A DNA stretch of 64,000 bases, from IMG/VR virus record IMGVR_UViG_3300012089_000001, positions 18,493 through 82,492 of that record; one strand, 5' to 3'. The DNA comes from a virus. Each line of letters opens with the position of its first letter. Position 1 is the stretch's first letter. Shown here in pieces: positions 46,845 to 56,275 of this stretch. Position numbers and translations under genes: made by a program. The notes beneath the pieces were generated by a model. That model ran no database searches. It had not been told where the DNA came from and saw only the letters and a list, made by a program, of their open reading frames with translations.

Positions 46845-46961
46845 ATTTTTACTCCTTCTTTCTTTTCTTTATATAATAATTATATCATATTTTTTATTTA
46901 AAATCAAAAAGAACGCGGGAATTAGGCTAATCCCCGCATGTCTAGATGTGTAAAATCAGGC

Positions 46962-47204
46962 CTACCAGCCGCGATCAAATTCTTCGCAGCCAATATCAAA
47001 TACTACACCATATTCAATTTCCTCCAACGCTTGTTGTCTCTTCTTTTGGTAGGCTTTTGCTCTTAACAAACTTCTCATTTCCGCATCAAATTTGTTTTCA
47101 TCATAGAAATAATCTTCAACTTGAATCCCCATCTCCAATGCTGCTTCAAATGCTGCCATAATCTCTACCTCCGCGTTTTTATTTTTACCAAGAAACTGTA
47201 ACAT
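46962..47204 (-). CDS. Hypothetical acidic protein
   Basis: ORF followed by a terminator hairpin; true start likely MAAFE. Confidence 0.5.
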   Translation of the reverse strand: MLQFLGKNKNAEVEIMAAFEAALEMGIQVEDYFYDENKFDAEMRSLLRAKAYQKKRQQALEEIEYGVVFDIGCEEFDRGW

Positions 47205-47469
47205 CTATTACATATTCAGATGATGAAATAATTTGTATATAATATCCAAGATCATGATAGTAAGTTTTCAGACTGTCTTCAGCTCTTTTAAAGTTAGATA
47301 CTGGTTTCTCAGTAGAAAAAGAGTAATAGACAAAATTTGTTGGATTATCACTTGTTAATTCTAAATAAATTAGATTATTAATCTTTCGACGTACACGGAC
47401 ATAGAATTCAGAACTAGTCTCATGATAAGTATTATTAATTTGTCCTCTTGCTTCTTTTGCAGTAATCAT
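47185..47469 (-). CDS. Hypothetical protein, same family as 45707-46844
   Basis: ITAKEAR... DLGY ... VTVSW. Confidence 0.6.
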   Translation of the reverse strand: MITAKEARGQINNTYHETSSEFYVRVRRKINNLIYLELTSDNPTNFVYYSFSTEKPVSNFKRAEDSLKTYYHDLGYYIQIISSSEYVIDVTVSW

Positions 47470-47470
47470 A

Positions 47471-47704
47471 TTATTTATCTCCCCATCTAAGTTTTTTCTT
47501 TAGTGCGCAATCATAGATATCAAAGAACTTATCTTGCGCGATAGTGTTTCCTTCAGTTAATATTACTCCATTTTTTGAAAGAGCCAAAACAACAGAAGCA
47601 AATTCTCTTAACTCATGCTCCACATTAATTCTTGATATTTCTTCCGCGGCCAAAGCTTCGCGCAATCTTTCTATTTCATGATCTGCGGCTGATATAATTC
47701 TCAT
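47471..47704 (-). CDS. Hypothetical protein
   Basis: ORF with GGAGG RBS. Confidence 0.55.
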   Translation of the reverse strand: MRIISAADHEIERLREALAAEEISRINVEHELREFASVVLALSKNGVILTEGNTIAQDKFFDIYDCALKKKLRWGDK

Positions 47705-48092
47705 ATTTTATTCCTCCTATTTATCTTCTGTAACTATCTTGTAAGCGGTTAATTTGTTTTACTAATTTTGCATTTTTTTCAGAGAGTGCTTCATTAAATG
47801 AACGAAGATTTTTCGTTCTTTTTCTCTCTAAAGCTAATTCTTTGCGCAGCTGTTCAATTTCATTTTGCATGGTTTTCATTTATTTTCCCTTCTTTCTTTA
47901 TGATTCGTTTATAAGGTATATTAATGCAATAACTGAAATGGCGCTTAGCACCATTAAGGTTATTAGTAGACATAAACTTGTTGCTTCTGACATATTTTAT
48001 TTCACCTTTCTTTACATATTTGAGATGCCATAGGTGATACATAACAATGCAACAATAGCCATAAGACAGATAGTTCCTATTTCTGACATATT

Positions 48093-48377
48093 CTAATCCT
48101 CCCACTCATATGCGTTATCATCCTCAAACTCTTCTTTTGTTATATATTTCCAAGTGTATGTGCATTCTTCATACCAAGATTCTTCATCTTCTTCATCATC
48201 AAAGCCATTACCCCATCCAGTGTGTAGATATGAATAGTTTTCAGCATGCTCATAAGATGCTTGGTGGCCATATTCATCAATCTCTTGATGCTCTGGATCT
48301 AGAAAACGTTCTTTAATTACTTCATTAGTTCCGCCATATGGCGTCTGAAGCAGAAACATTACATAAACTTCGTTCAT
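48093..48377 (-). CDS. Hypothetical acidic protein
   Basis: ORF with GGAG RBS. Confidence 0.6.
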   Translation of the reverse strand: MNEVYVMFLLQTPYGGTNEVIKERFLDPEHQEIDEYGHQASYEHAENYSYLHTGWGNGFDDEEDEESWYEECTYTWKYITKEEFEDDNAYEWED

Positions 48378-48635
48378 AATATATTACTCCTTTCTTTTTT
48401 TTTATTTCTCAGTAAGAAAAAATGCGTTACAAACCATCATAATTAAATATATTCCAATTCCAAGTTGCCATGTAAATGTCAATCCAAAAAGTAATGTAAC
48501 TAGTTTAACTATGATGAGTACGAGACCACCATTAATGAATAAAGTTACTGCTAATCTGATAAGTTCTCTAAGTAATGTCATATATTTCCCTTCTTTCCGC
48601 GGACTTGCCGCTATGTTATTGTCAGTCTAGATGTG

Positions 48636-49124
48636 TTACGTTTTAGTCGCCTTTCGCGCGTTTCTAAATATCTTAAAGAAAAGTACTTGAAGATCTTTAC
48701 TATCTTTTGTTTTTTCGACCCCTTCTTTAGTAAGATCTATGATTGATTCCATTGCATTTCTTAATATTTTGAGTTCAAACTGTTGATCTAAAATTAAGCT
48801 CTCGAGTTCAAATTCTCGCTTATAATTGATTTCTAAATATTCATCTTCCATCTTTACCCCTTCCGCGAGTATATCATATATGTGAAATACTTCGCAAATG
48901 TTGTCTAAACTATGAAAAAGGGAACAAAATTCTCTTGTTTGTAAGCTATCACCATTTTTTTCTACGCTCTCTACTACTAGACTCCAAGCTTTATCAGTGA
49001 CTTCTTTGATTTCAATGATCATCTTTTCATCTTCCATCTCTTCTTTGCCTTCATCCACTAAATTTTGAGCTTTATCAAGAATCTTTTTAACTTCATTGAG
49101 TAATTCCAAATATTCTCTTTCCAT
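48636..49124 (-). CDS. Helical protein with internal repeat
   Basis: EIKEVTDKA..L..ESVEK.G segment shared with the adjacent upstream gene. Confidence 0.6.
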   Translation of the reverse strand: MEREYLELLNEVKKILDKAQNLVDEGKEEMEDEKMIIEIKEVTDKAWSLVVESVEKNGDSLQTREFCSLFHSLDNICEVFHIYDILAEGVKMEDEYLEINYKREFELESLILDQQFELKILRNAMESIIDLTKEGVEKTKDSKDLQVLFFKIFRNARKATKT

Positions 49125-49128
49125 CTTT

Positions 49129-49344
49129 TTACTCCCATCTCGCGAATGTATTATAGATATCTAACATTTCGCAGCAATCATCTAACTCAGTGAATGCAGA
49201 TCGAAACATATATGTTATTTGAGTATGCTTGCCGCTCTTTTCTACGCTTTCTTCCAGTAATTCTCCAGCTTTATCAGTGATTTCTTTGATTTCATTGATT
49301 AGCTTTATATATTCATCTTGTAGATTTATGCATTTTCCTTCCAT
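49129..49344 (-). CDS. Small helical protein, paralog of 48636-49124
   Basis: EIKEITDKAGELLEESVEKSG. Confidence 0.6.
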   Translation of the reverse strand: MEGKCINLQDEYIKLINEIKEITDKAGELLEESVEKSGKHTQITYMFRSAFTELDDCCEMLDIYNTFARWE

Positions 49345-49746
49345 TTTTTTCTCCTTTTTTCTTTTTCTTATATATATATTATATAATAATTTTATTGAAA
49401 TTTCAAAGAGTATAAATATATCATGATATTTAAATGGCGGAGAGGGGATAGATTGATAAGAAATTTTGATGAAAATGAGTAAAAGTATATTTTTTATTAA
49501 ATATTTTGTCCAGTTTTATATATTTTCCACCCATTTTTTCATGAATAGATAAATAGTGGAATTATGAGCAAAGCGAATAATTTCATGGAGTAGATCAAAT
49601 CTTTTTTAGATGTTATAAGCTGTGCATAGCACAGCGTTAACAAGATGAAAAAGTTTGAGATACGTAATATATCTAGGGAGAATAAAGGAAGAATAGAGTT
49701 TAAGATATTTATATGCTTTCCCGCGTTTATTTTATTAGTTTAGGAC

Positions 49747-49827
49747 TTTTCGACAAAAAATTGGGGATATAAAATTCCTTAATAATAGTTATTGTAAGGA
49801 CAAAATGGTTCCAATTTTTGTCGAAAA
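49747..49827. repeat. 17-18 bp inverted repeat
   Basis: TTTTCGACAAAAAATTGG ... CCAATTTTTGTCGAAAA. Confidence 0.8.
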
Positions 49828-49843
49828 ATACCAAAGTATGTTT

Positions 49844-50668
49844 TTAATTAAATGAATTTATAAATTTTTTATCCTTTTCTTTTTTATACTCTTTTCCCAA
49901 ACACTGATATTCACCATCAAGCTTCTTTTTTATTACTATTTTTGATCTAATTTTAAAATCTCCAAAATCAATACTTTCGATGATTTTCATACATCTTCCA
50001 ACAGTTTTTTCTTTAATACCAAGCGGATAAGCAATTCTAAGGTTCGTAGCTAATGTTTCATTATCAAATCTATCAAGTTCATCATATATTACTAAAAAAA
50101 CTTTTAAAACATTTTCCCAAGATACTCCTATACTATTTTCTCTTATTAACTCATACCATGCTTTTTTTATTTTTATTATATTATTATCTTTTCTCGCTTC
50201 AGGAGTCAAAATTATAGTATATATTTCTTTTAGAATCTTAAGATCAATATGGCCACTATCATATAAGAATTTTAAGCTTCTTTTTATTTTTTTAATATTC
50301 TCTTGATTATTTACTACACCTATTTCTTCACAAAACTTTTCTAATGTTCCACAATAAGCTCTGTTCTCATTTGCTAATATAGTTGCTATAGTTAATATTT
50401 TAAAGTTATATTTATCAAGAGATAACCAATCTTCCCAAAAGCTTACATCTTCTTTTATTTCTAATATAACTTCATCTATTGTTGTTTCTTTTTCTTTTGG
50501 TATTGGCAATTTAGTTATAGTTGTTTCTTTTCTAGAATAAATATAATTATATCCTTCTTTTTCTAAATTACGTTTAATTTTTCTTGCGAATTGATTATCT
50601 TTTAAGTCAATTCCATATATAGTTGCTATTTCTTCTCTTGGATAACTTTTTAATTCTAATTTAATCAC
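49844..50668 (-). CDS. Putative multi-HTH DNA-binding protein, possibly replication-initiator-like
   Basis: GTLEKFCEEIGV..IKRSLKFL..SGHI; ATNLRIAYPLGIKEKTVGR. Confidence 0.45.
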   Translation of the reverse strand: MIKLELKSYPREEIATIYGIDLKDNQFARKIKRNLEKEGYNYIYSRKETTITKLPIPKEKETTIDEVILEIKEDVSFWEDWLSLDKYNFKILTIATILANENRAYCGTLEKFCEEIGVVNNQENIKKIKRSLKFLYDSGHIDLKILKEIYTIILTPEARKDNNIIKIKKAWYELIRENSIGVSWENVLKVFLVIYDELDRFDNETLATNLRIAYPLGIKEKTVGRCMKIIESIDFGDFKIRSKIVIKKKLDGEYQCLGKEYKKEKDKKFINSFN

Positions 50669-50861
50669 AAAATCCCCCTTTCTCTAAAAAATTAATTAGT
50701 ATTTTTTGATTTTCTTCTGAGAGTTTTCTATTTCCACTTGTAAATTGAAAAAATGTTTGGTGTGGAATACCTGCCTTATTTGCAATATAAGTATAAGTTA
50801 ATCCTTCTGCTCTCAACTTTTTAATTGATTCTAATAGATCCATGATTCTCCTTTCTGTCAA
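50661..50861 (-). CDS. Small XRE-like HTH regulator
   Basis: GLTYTYIANKAGIPHQTFFQFTSG..LSEE. Confidence 0.7.
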   Translation of the reverse strand: MTERRIMDLLESIKKLRAEGLTYTYIANKAGIPHQTFFQFTSGNRKLSEENQKILINFLEKGGFCD

Positions 50862-50945
50862 AAATATTTTACATAAATTTTAAATAAAATAACAGTAATC
50901 ATCAAGATTACTGTTACAGTATATATTATTTTTCTTAATAACAGA

Positions 50946-51260
50946 TTACATATCCTTGCCCAAATTATCTCTGGTAATTATTTCTGTCAATTCCTTTAAT
51001 TCTCCAGCAAGCCTTCTAATATATTTAATATCTTCTATATTATCATAACTGTAGTCATTTACAGTACTATTTAAACTATTAACCATGGATAATAGACCGC
51101 CTTCTGGATAGTATCTCTTGATAATAATGCTATTTGTCTCTTCATCAAAGAAAATTTCTCCAGGAGTATCTTCCATTAGTCCGCACGCTACTCTAAGTCC
51201 CCTTGGAATAACAATTCTTCCAAGATCATCAACTCTTCTAACAATCCCTGTTGGTTTCAT
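50946..51260 (-). CDS. AbrB-family transition-state regulator-like protein
   Basis: MKPTGIVRRVDDLGRIVIP. Confidence 0.85.
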   Translation of the reverse strand: MKPTGIVRRVDDLGRIVIPRGLRVACGLMEDTPGEIFFDEETNSIIIKRYYPEGGLLSMVNSLNSTVNDYSYDNIEDIKYIRRLAGELKELTEIITRDNLGKDM

Positions 51261-52043
51261 AATTCTCCTTTTTATATTCTATTTTAAGTTCCCTACATAA
51301 ACTATCTAATATTACCCACTTATTGTAATATCTTTTGTTAAGATCAGTATCTCCATAAAGTTTATAATCATCTTCATATATAATCCGAGCCATTTCAGTT
51401 TTTCTTTTGATTATGGCCTTCATCTTTTTCTTTTTCATACCATCTTTCCTTTATATATAAATTCTATTCCATATATAAATTCTATTCCAAGTTCTTTACA
51501 TAACTCCTCTAATGCTATCCATCTGTCATGATATTTTCTTGCTAGCTTAGTATCTCCACAAAGGCAATATTCATTTATATATTTATCCCAAGCCATTTCA
51601 GTTTTTCTTTTGATTGTATCTATCATTTCTTTCTTCTTCATAGCTATTCCTCTGTGTATTTTAAGTCATCTATTCCAAGTATTTTGCATAGATTTTCTAA
51701 TACAACCCATTCTACATAGGATGCTTTTGCTATTTCGTCACGCGCGCCATACCGCTTTTTGCGATCTAACCAGTGAGACCAAGCATCTTCAGTTTTTTCT
51801 TTGATTATAGCTTTCATTTCGTTCTTTTTCATATTATTATTCCTTCTCATAACTTATTTCAAGTTTTTTACATAGATCATCTAGAATAGCCCAGCGCGAC
51901 AGTGCATAGTCAGTTGTTATATGATTATTTCCGTAGCGACCTTTGTTAGTTTGTAAAGCATCCCAAGCTTTTTTGGTATCTTCTCTAATTATAACTTTCA
52001 TTTCTTTCTTTTTCATTATTCCTCTCCTTTGCGCGCGTTCCAA
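51238..52043 (-). repeat. Tandem array of four paralogous ~67 aa genes (51238-51438, 51435-51641, 51644-51850, 51837-52043)
   Basis: Shared MKK.EM...IK..T..A...Y...W..L..LC..L.I.Y. Confidence 0.8.
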
Positions 52044-52216
52044 GCATTTACTACATCTTGTGAAGCATCTTTTGGTGTACTATCTCTCATAATTTCCCAG
52101 AAATCCTTTGATATGGCGGCTTTGCATTCTTCACAACGAACTTTAATGCTTCCATCATGAAGGAGATTGAGGTACGCCCTATTCCCGCAGAAAGGACATC
52201 TTTTTAATTCAATCAT
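52016..52216 (-). CDS. Lar-family restriction alleviation-like zinc protein
   Basis: ELKRCPFCG...VRCEEC...VNAWNAR. Confidence 0.75.
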   Translation of the reverse strand: MIELKRCPFCGNRAYLNLLHDGSIKVRCEECKAAISKDFWEIMRDSTPKDASQDVVNAWNARKGEE

Positions 52217-52688
52217 GTCTTATCTCCTTTTTCTCACCTGTTCTCCAGTCTATTCCAAGTTCTTCGCATAATTTATCCAGTCCTCTCCACAATGTAAAAT
52301 GGATTTTAGTTAAATCATCACCTTCTCCAAGCTCCCATCTACTTGATATCCAATTAAAGTAAGCTGTTAGGGTTTCTTCTTTAATTATTGAAATCATTTC
52401 TTCTTTTGTAATACTATTATCTTTCATTGCTGATATCATTTCTTCTATTGTTCTTTCTTTCTTCTCTTGCTGCCATAGAGACACATAGACGCAGTCTTCT
52501 TCTGTACTTACTTTTACTATATAGTCTAAACATGAATAATGCGTATATATTTGACTACATATGTCATCTGCGCTCATGCCTGGTATGGCGATGGAGAAGT
52601 CATAGGTATATAAATTTCTTTCTAGCCTTTTAGCTATGTGTCTGTCTATGCTTTCGTAAACAAAATCCGGTATCTTTACTTTTGTCAT
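52209..52688 (-). CDS. Two-domain hypothetical protein; C-terminus matches the 51238-52043 array family
   Basis: KEEMISIIKEET...W..LDKLCEELGI. Confidence 0.65.
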   Translation of the reverse strand: MTKVKIPDFVYESIDRHIAKRLERNLYTYDFSIAIPGMSADDICSQIYTHYSCLDYIVKVSTEEDCVYVSLWQQEKKERTIEEMISAMKDNSITKEEMISIIKEETLTAYFNWISSRWELGEGDDLTKIHFTLWRGLDKLCEELGIDWRTGEKKEIRHD

Positions 52689-52703
52689 AATATTTCCTCC
52701 TTT

Positions 52704-52898
52704 TTATTCTTCAATTTTGCCAAAGTCTCCACAGATGCGGCAAATGCTATTGATTTCGCAACACTCTCTGCATATTTCAATGCCGTTACAGTAGTTAGTA
52801 CCTTCATTGCCGCAAGTCAAGCATTTAAATGTTCTTATTCCTTTGGCTATAGCGCAGTTAGTATGCGTCATAGTTGTTTTATTAATTATTTTATGCAT
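52704..52898 (-). CDS. Small Cys-rich zinc-finger protein
   Basis: CxxC..C..IC.EC...C..C. Confidence 0.55.
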   Translation of the reverse strand: MHKIINKTTMTHTNCAIAKGIRTFKCLTCGNEGTNYCNGIEICRECCEINSICRICGDFGKIEE

Positions 52899-53046
52899 AA
52901 AATTCTCCTTAAGGGAAAAGTAAAAGAGAAGAGACTATATGAAATCATATAGAATCTTCTATGGAAGGGAAGTATGAAAGATGTATGGGAGGGTGGGGTG
53001 AGAATTGTATGGGGAGGGAGGGGAGAGATGTAAAATCCTCTGTTGA

Positions 53047-53138
53047 TCATATGAAATTGTATAGAATATTCTGAGTGGTCATATGAAAACTTGTAAAACT
53101 CTCTGAAGAGTCATATGAAAACTTGTAAAACTCTCTGA
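53047..53138. repeat. Iteron-like direct repeats with 32 bp period
   Basis: TCATATGAAAACTTGTAAAACTCTCTGA at 53079 and 53111; degenerate copy at 53047. Confidence 0.85.
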
Positions 53139-53240
53139 GTGGTGTGGTCACCACCCTCCCTAGATTTTTCTCCACCAACTCGTCGTCCTTACCTTCGCTT
53201 CGCTCAGTCACCTTACCTCCGCTCTCCGCTCTCCCCATCT

Positions 53241-53648
53241 TTATCTCTTCTTCACCAGTTTCAGATATGTTCCACTCCACAATTCTACCATTCCAATATA
53301 CATCTTACATTCCAGCGCAGCTGCGACTCTCCCAGTCATTTCATACTTTGCTGCGGGGGTGGGGTCCTTCTTGGGGGTATATATACTCATTTTGTATTTG
53401 GCTCTACTAATACTACTTCCAGTTCCCAAATCTCGATTTTCATTTTTCATTTCCCAAATCTCAAATCTAGTTTTCTGTCCCGCGGCAGCATCGGTGTGTA
53501 TAATGAACCCCTTGTCTTGTAACTTTTTGGCGATTCGCCGCATCGTTAATTCTCTCTCATTAGTAGAAGAAAATCCAGGTCCAGTAGAAACAGACTTACC
53601 ATTAATCGCAATCACTTCGCCGCCATATCCGTAATCAATGTCATTCAT
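53241..53648 (-). CDS. Hypothetical protein
   Basis: ORF with AAGGG RBS. Confidence 0.55.
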   Translation of the reverse strand: MNDIDYGYGGEVIAINGKSVSTGPGFSSTNERELTMRRIAKKLQDKGFIIHTDAAAGQKTRFEIWEMKNENRDLGTGSSISRAKYKMSIYTPKKDPTPAAKYEMTGRVAAALECKMYIGMVELWSGTYLKLVKKR

Positions 53649-53730
53649 ATATATACCCTTTCCTCTAAACGCGGGAAGCAGGTGGGTTTAGTACCCACCT
53701 AACCCTAATCTGCCAACAGTCACTAATTAA

Positions 53731-54366
53731 TCAAAGTTCCATATTTGGATATGGCTGCAAGAAGCTATGTAACATTTCAAAGTGTTCATCACTAAGCATT
53801 GTAGCCATGCTGTCTTGCAAACTAAGCAAACCTTTCATTTCATTAACCAACTTAACTACTTCTGGATTTTTTTCAACATCCACAAGTATCTCTACCAAGA
53901 GGTCAAAGAGATCATCATCAATAACATCTGAGAGATCAACTTCCCATACAGTCTCCACATAGTCAATTAGAGATTCTACCAAACAGTTGCGAGCGATTGA
54001 GACTTCTATCTCTTTCCGTTCCGCATCCCTCTTATATTCTTCTTCTGCTGCCTTCTTAGCCGCATTCTCTGCTTTTTCCAGCTCTTTTATCTCTTTATAT
54101 ACCTCGTCAAGCATATTAACTTCCATCCAGATGGCATCAATCTCATTCAGCCTATCCATCTTCTCAGTGATAATCTCTTCAGCAGTCATATTCTTTACTT
54201 CTTTGCAGCCGCCACCAAATATTTTCACTGTAGTATCCGCGCAAAAGGCATTCTTCTTATCATTGCTAGTATTGTCTTTCTTTTCTCCTGGTTTGCAGGT
54301 GCATTCATCGAGGCACCAACCGCAACAGCTATGAGCATATTCATTTCTATCTCCGCATCCGCACAT
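53731..54366 (-). CDS. Hypothetical protein with Cys-rich N-terminus and coiled coil
   Basis: MCGCG..CCGWC..C.C; AGGAG RBS and promoter. Confidence 0.6.
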   Translation of the reverse strand: MCGCGDRNEYAHSCCGWCLDECTCKPGEKKDNTSNDKKNAFCADTTVKIFGGGCKEVKNMTAEEIITEKMDRLNEIDAIWMEVNMLDEVYKEIKELEKAENAAKKAAEEEYKRDAERKEIEVSIARNCLVESLIDYVETVWEVDLSDVIDDDLFDLLVEILVDVEKNPEVVKLVNEMKGLLSLQDSMATMLSDEHFEMLHSFLQPYPNMEL

Positions 54367-54922
54367 ATTATAATTTCTCCTTTTTTATTTATCTTATGTA
54401 TATATTATATCAAAAATTTATAATATTTTCCACTAAGACGCGGCAAAGGCGCTATGTTTTTACGAATCTAGGCCTAAAATGCGCAATCAGGGCACCAATT
54501 TGGCAATTCTGGGGAAGAAATGCGCGAAAATCGCCAATTTTTTACAAATCTAGCTTAAAAACACATGGATTTAGAGTAATCTTATTAGAGTCTAGACTGG
54601 GGATGGGTAAATCGTCGTTTCCGCCATCCTTAATTAGTAAATTTATTTTTTCTGTTGGAGTTGAGCATATGATTTGTTAAGCAAGGAATATTAAAATAGG
54701 CGCGAATGAAACTTTGTATGGTATGAGAAACTGGGGCATATGGGGAGTTGAATTTAAGTGATTCTGTTGTGGTCTGGGGTGGAGGGAAGGGAGTTGCGGG
54801 ATGTCAGGGGAGAGAGGCATATGAGATCAAAGTTCCACGGAAAATTGCCATATGTTGAAAGAAGTGGAAATTCGGGCTGGGATGACCCAGCTCAGCCCGC
54901 CAACTCTATCAATTCATCCTGG

Positions 54923-55030
54923 CACTTCGCCACACTAAAGTGTTAACACATTAACGTGTTACCACTTCACCGCGTTAAAGTGCTGACGTGAAAGAAAATT
55001 GCACAAACTTCATGATCAAAGTTTGTGCAA
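54923..55030. repeat. Block of quasi-palindromic repeats (CACTT-N10-AAGTG twice; TGCACAAA-N14-TTTGTGCA)
   Basis: Read directly; the same motifs recur at 62.3-62.9 kb. Confidence 0.8.
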
Positions 55031-55039
55031 CTCTTTCCC

Positions 55040-55273
55040 TTAAATCTTCTTAACAATGTTGATTTCAATTTCAACCTTTTGTACCGCCCGTAAATCATTT
55101 TCGGGATGGTTTAAGTCTATTATCTCTCCAGTCTCAAGATTTAACGCTTGATGGTAATCTAATATCCAATAAAGATCTTTTCCGCCTGTATCAATGTAGT
55201 AAAAAACATCATCATGCATTAATTCTCCCAATCGTAAAAATGATGGTGACAATTCCCAATTAATTTTTGGCAT
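55040..55273 (-). CDS. Small beta-rich protein
   Basis: Resembles 57786-58049 and 58146-58388. Confidence 0.55.
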   Translation of the reverse strand: MPKINWELSPSFLRLGELMHDDVFYYIDTGGKDLYWILDYHQALNLETGEIIDLNHPENDLRAVQKVEIEINIVKKI

Positions 55274-55545
55274 TATTTACCCTCCATTAAAGCTTGGAAT
55301 ATCAGCCGATTCATAAGGTGGGTAAAACCAAGAACGTCTACATCATCATCAGTAATTCTTTTGTACATCATATATACAGCATAAACCATCGCTGTAAAAT
55401 CTTCTGTCAACTCCTCCTCTTTGAATTCAATGGTAGGTATTGCAGTACCTTCCCTCACATCTTCATCTCTGTAAACGTCGGATAATGCCGACATAAAAAC
55501 CACAATCTTATTATCTAATTTATTCATTCCTTTATTCCTCCTCAT
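55273..55545 (-). CDS. Hypothetical protein
   Basis: ORF. Confidence 0.55.
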   Translation of the reverse strand: MRRNKGMNKLDNKIVVFMSALSDVYRDEDVREGTAIPTIEFKEEELTEDFTAMVYAVYMMYKRITDDDVDVLGFTHLMNRLIFQALMEGK

Positions 55546-55660
55546 ACTTTAAACAAAAGTGACCAGATGCCCCAACCAATTTCAAATATCTTTACTTTCT
55601 TATGATACAAAACAGTTGGGACAATCTTTATAATATTACTGCTTTTATAGAAATCCCAGA

Positions 55661-56233
55661 TCATGGTATCTCCACCTCTTTCACAACGACGGTATGCCCT
55701 AAAGTTTCTAGCAAATCAATCCATACTTTCGCATCAAATCTATGACCGCTACAAAAGATTAAATCACTGTAATGTAGTTCTTCCCAAGTGTCGCAATCTT
55801 CAACGGTACGGGTATAGTAAATTGGTTCATCCAATCTAGCAATCTGATCTTCCATGAAATCAATAGCGCCCATAGCAATGCCATGCTTGACAGAAGATGT
55901 ATCCTTGCAATAATTTAATATATTTAGAACCAGCTCATAACCTACGCTTCTTCCTTCCCTCTTTTCCGCGCCCTCTCTTTCTTTTTCTACCTTGTGCACA
56001 TGGGCTTTAAATTCCCTGTCTAACAGGTTGCATAATGTCAATGTTCCCTTCTCCATGCCACGCAAAAACATTTCTTTCCGAATGCCGATATACTGTTCTA
56101 CTTCTGATTCAAGGATATCAGTATATTCATCAACTATTGAATCAGCTATCTTTTGGATATCTTTCAGACTGAAAATTTTTTCTTCCCTCATATCTCTTTC
56201 TCCATATGCGGAAAGCCAGCCTTGTTTATGCAT
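55661..56233 (-). CDS. Hypothetical protein
   Basis: ORF; start likely MREEK. Confidence 0.55.
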   Translation of the reverse strand: MHKQGWLSAYGERDMREEKIFSLKDIQKIADSIVDEYTDILESEVEQYIGIRKEMFLRGMEKGTLTLCNLLDREFKAHVHKVEKEREGAEKREGRSVGYELVLNILNYCKDTSSVKHGIAMGAIDFMEDQIARLDEPIYYTRTVEDCDTWEELHYSDLIFCSGHRFDAKVWIDLLETLGHTVVVKEVEIP

Positions 56234-56275
56234 AGCCAGCTTTCCCGCACTTTCATTTAATTATTTTTCATTGCT

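Noticed and set aside
53047-53522. ORFs 53047-53280, 53139-53522, 53144-53410 over the iteron block
   Set aside because: Low-complexity translations of repeat DNA
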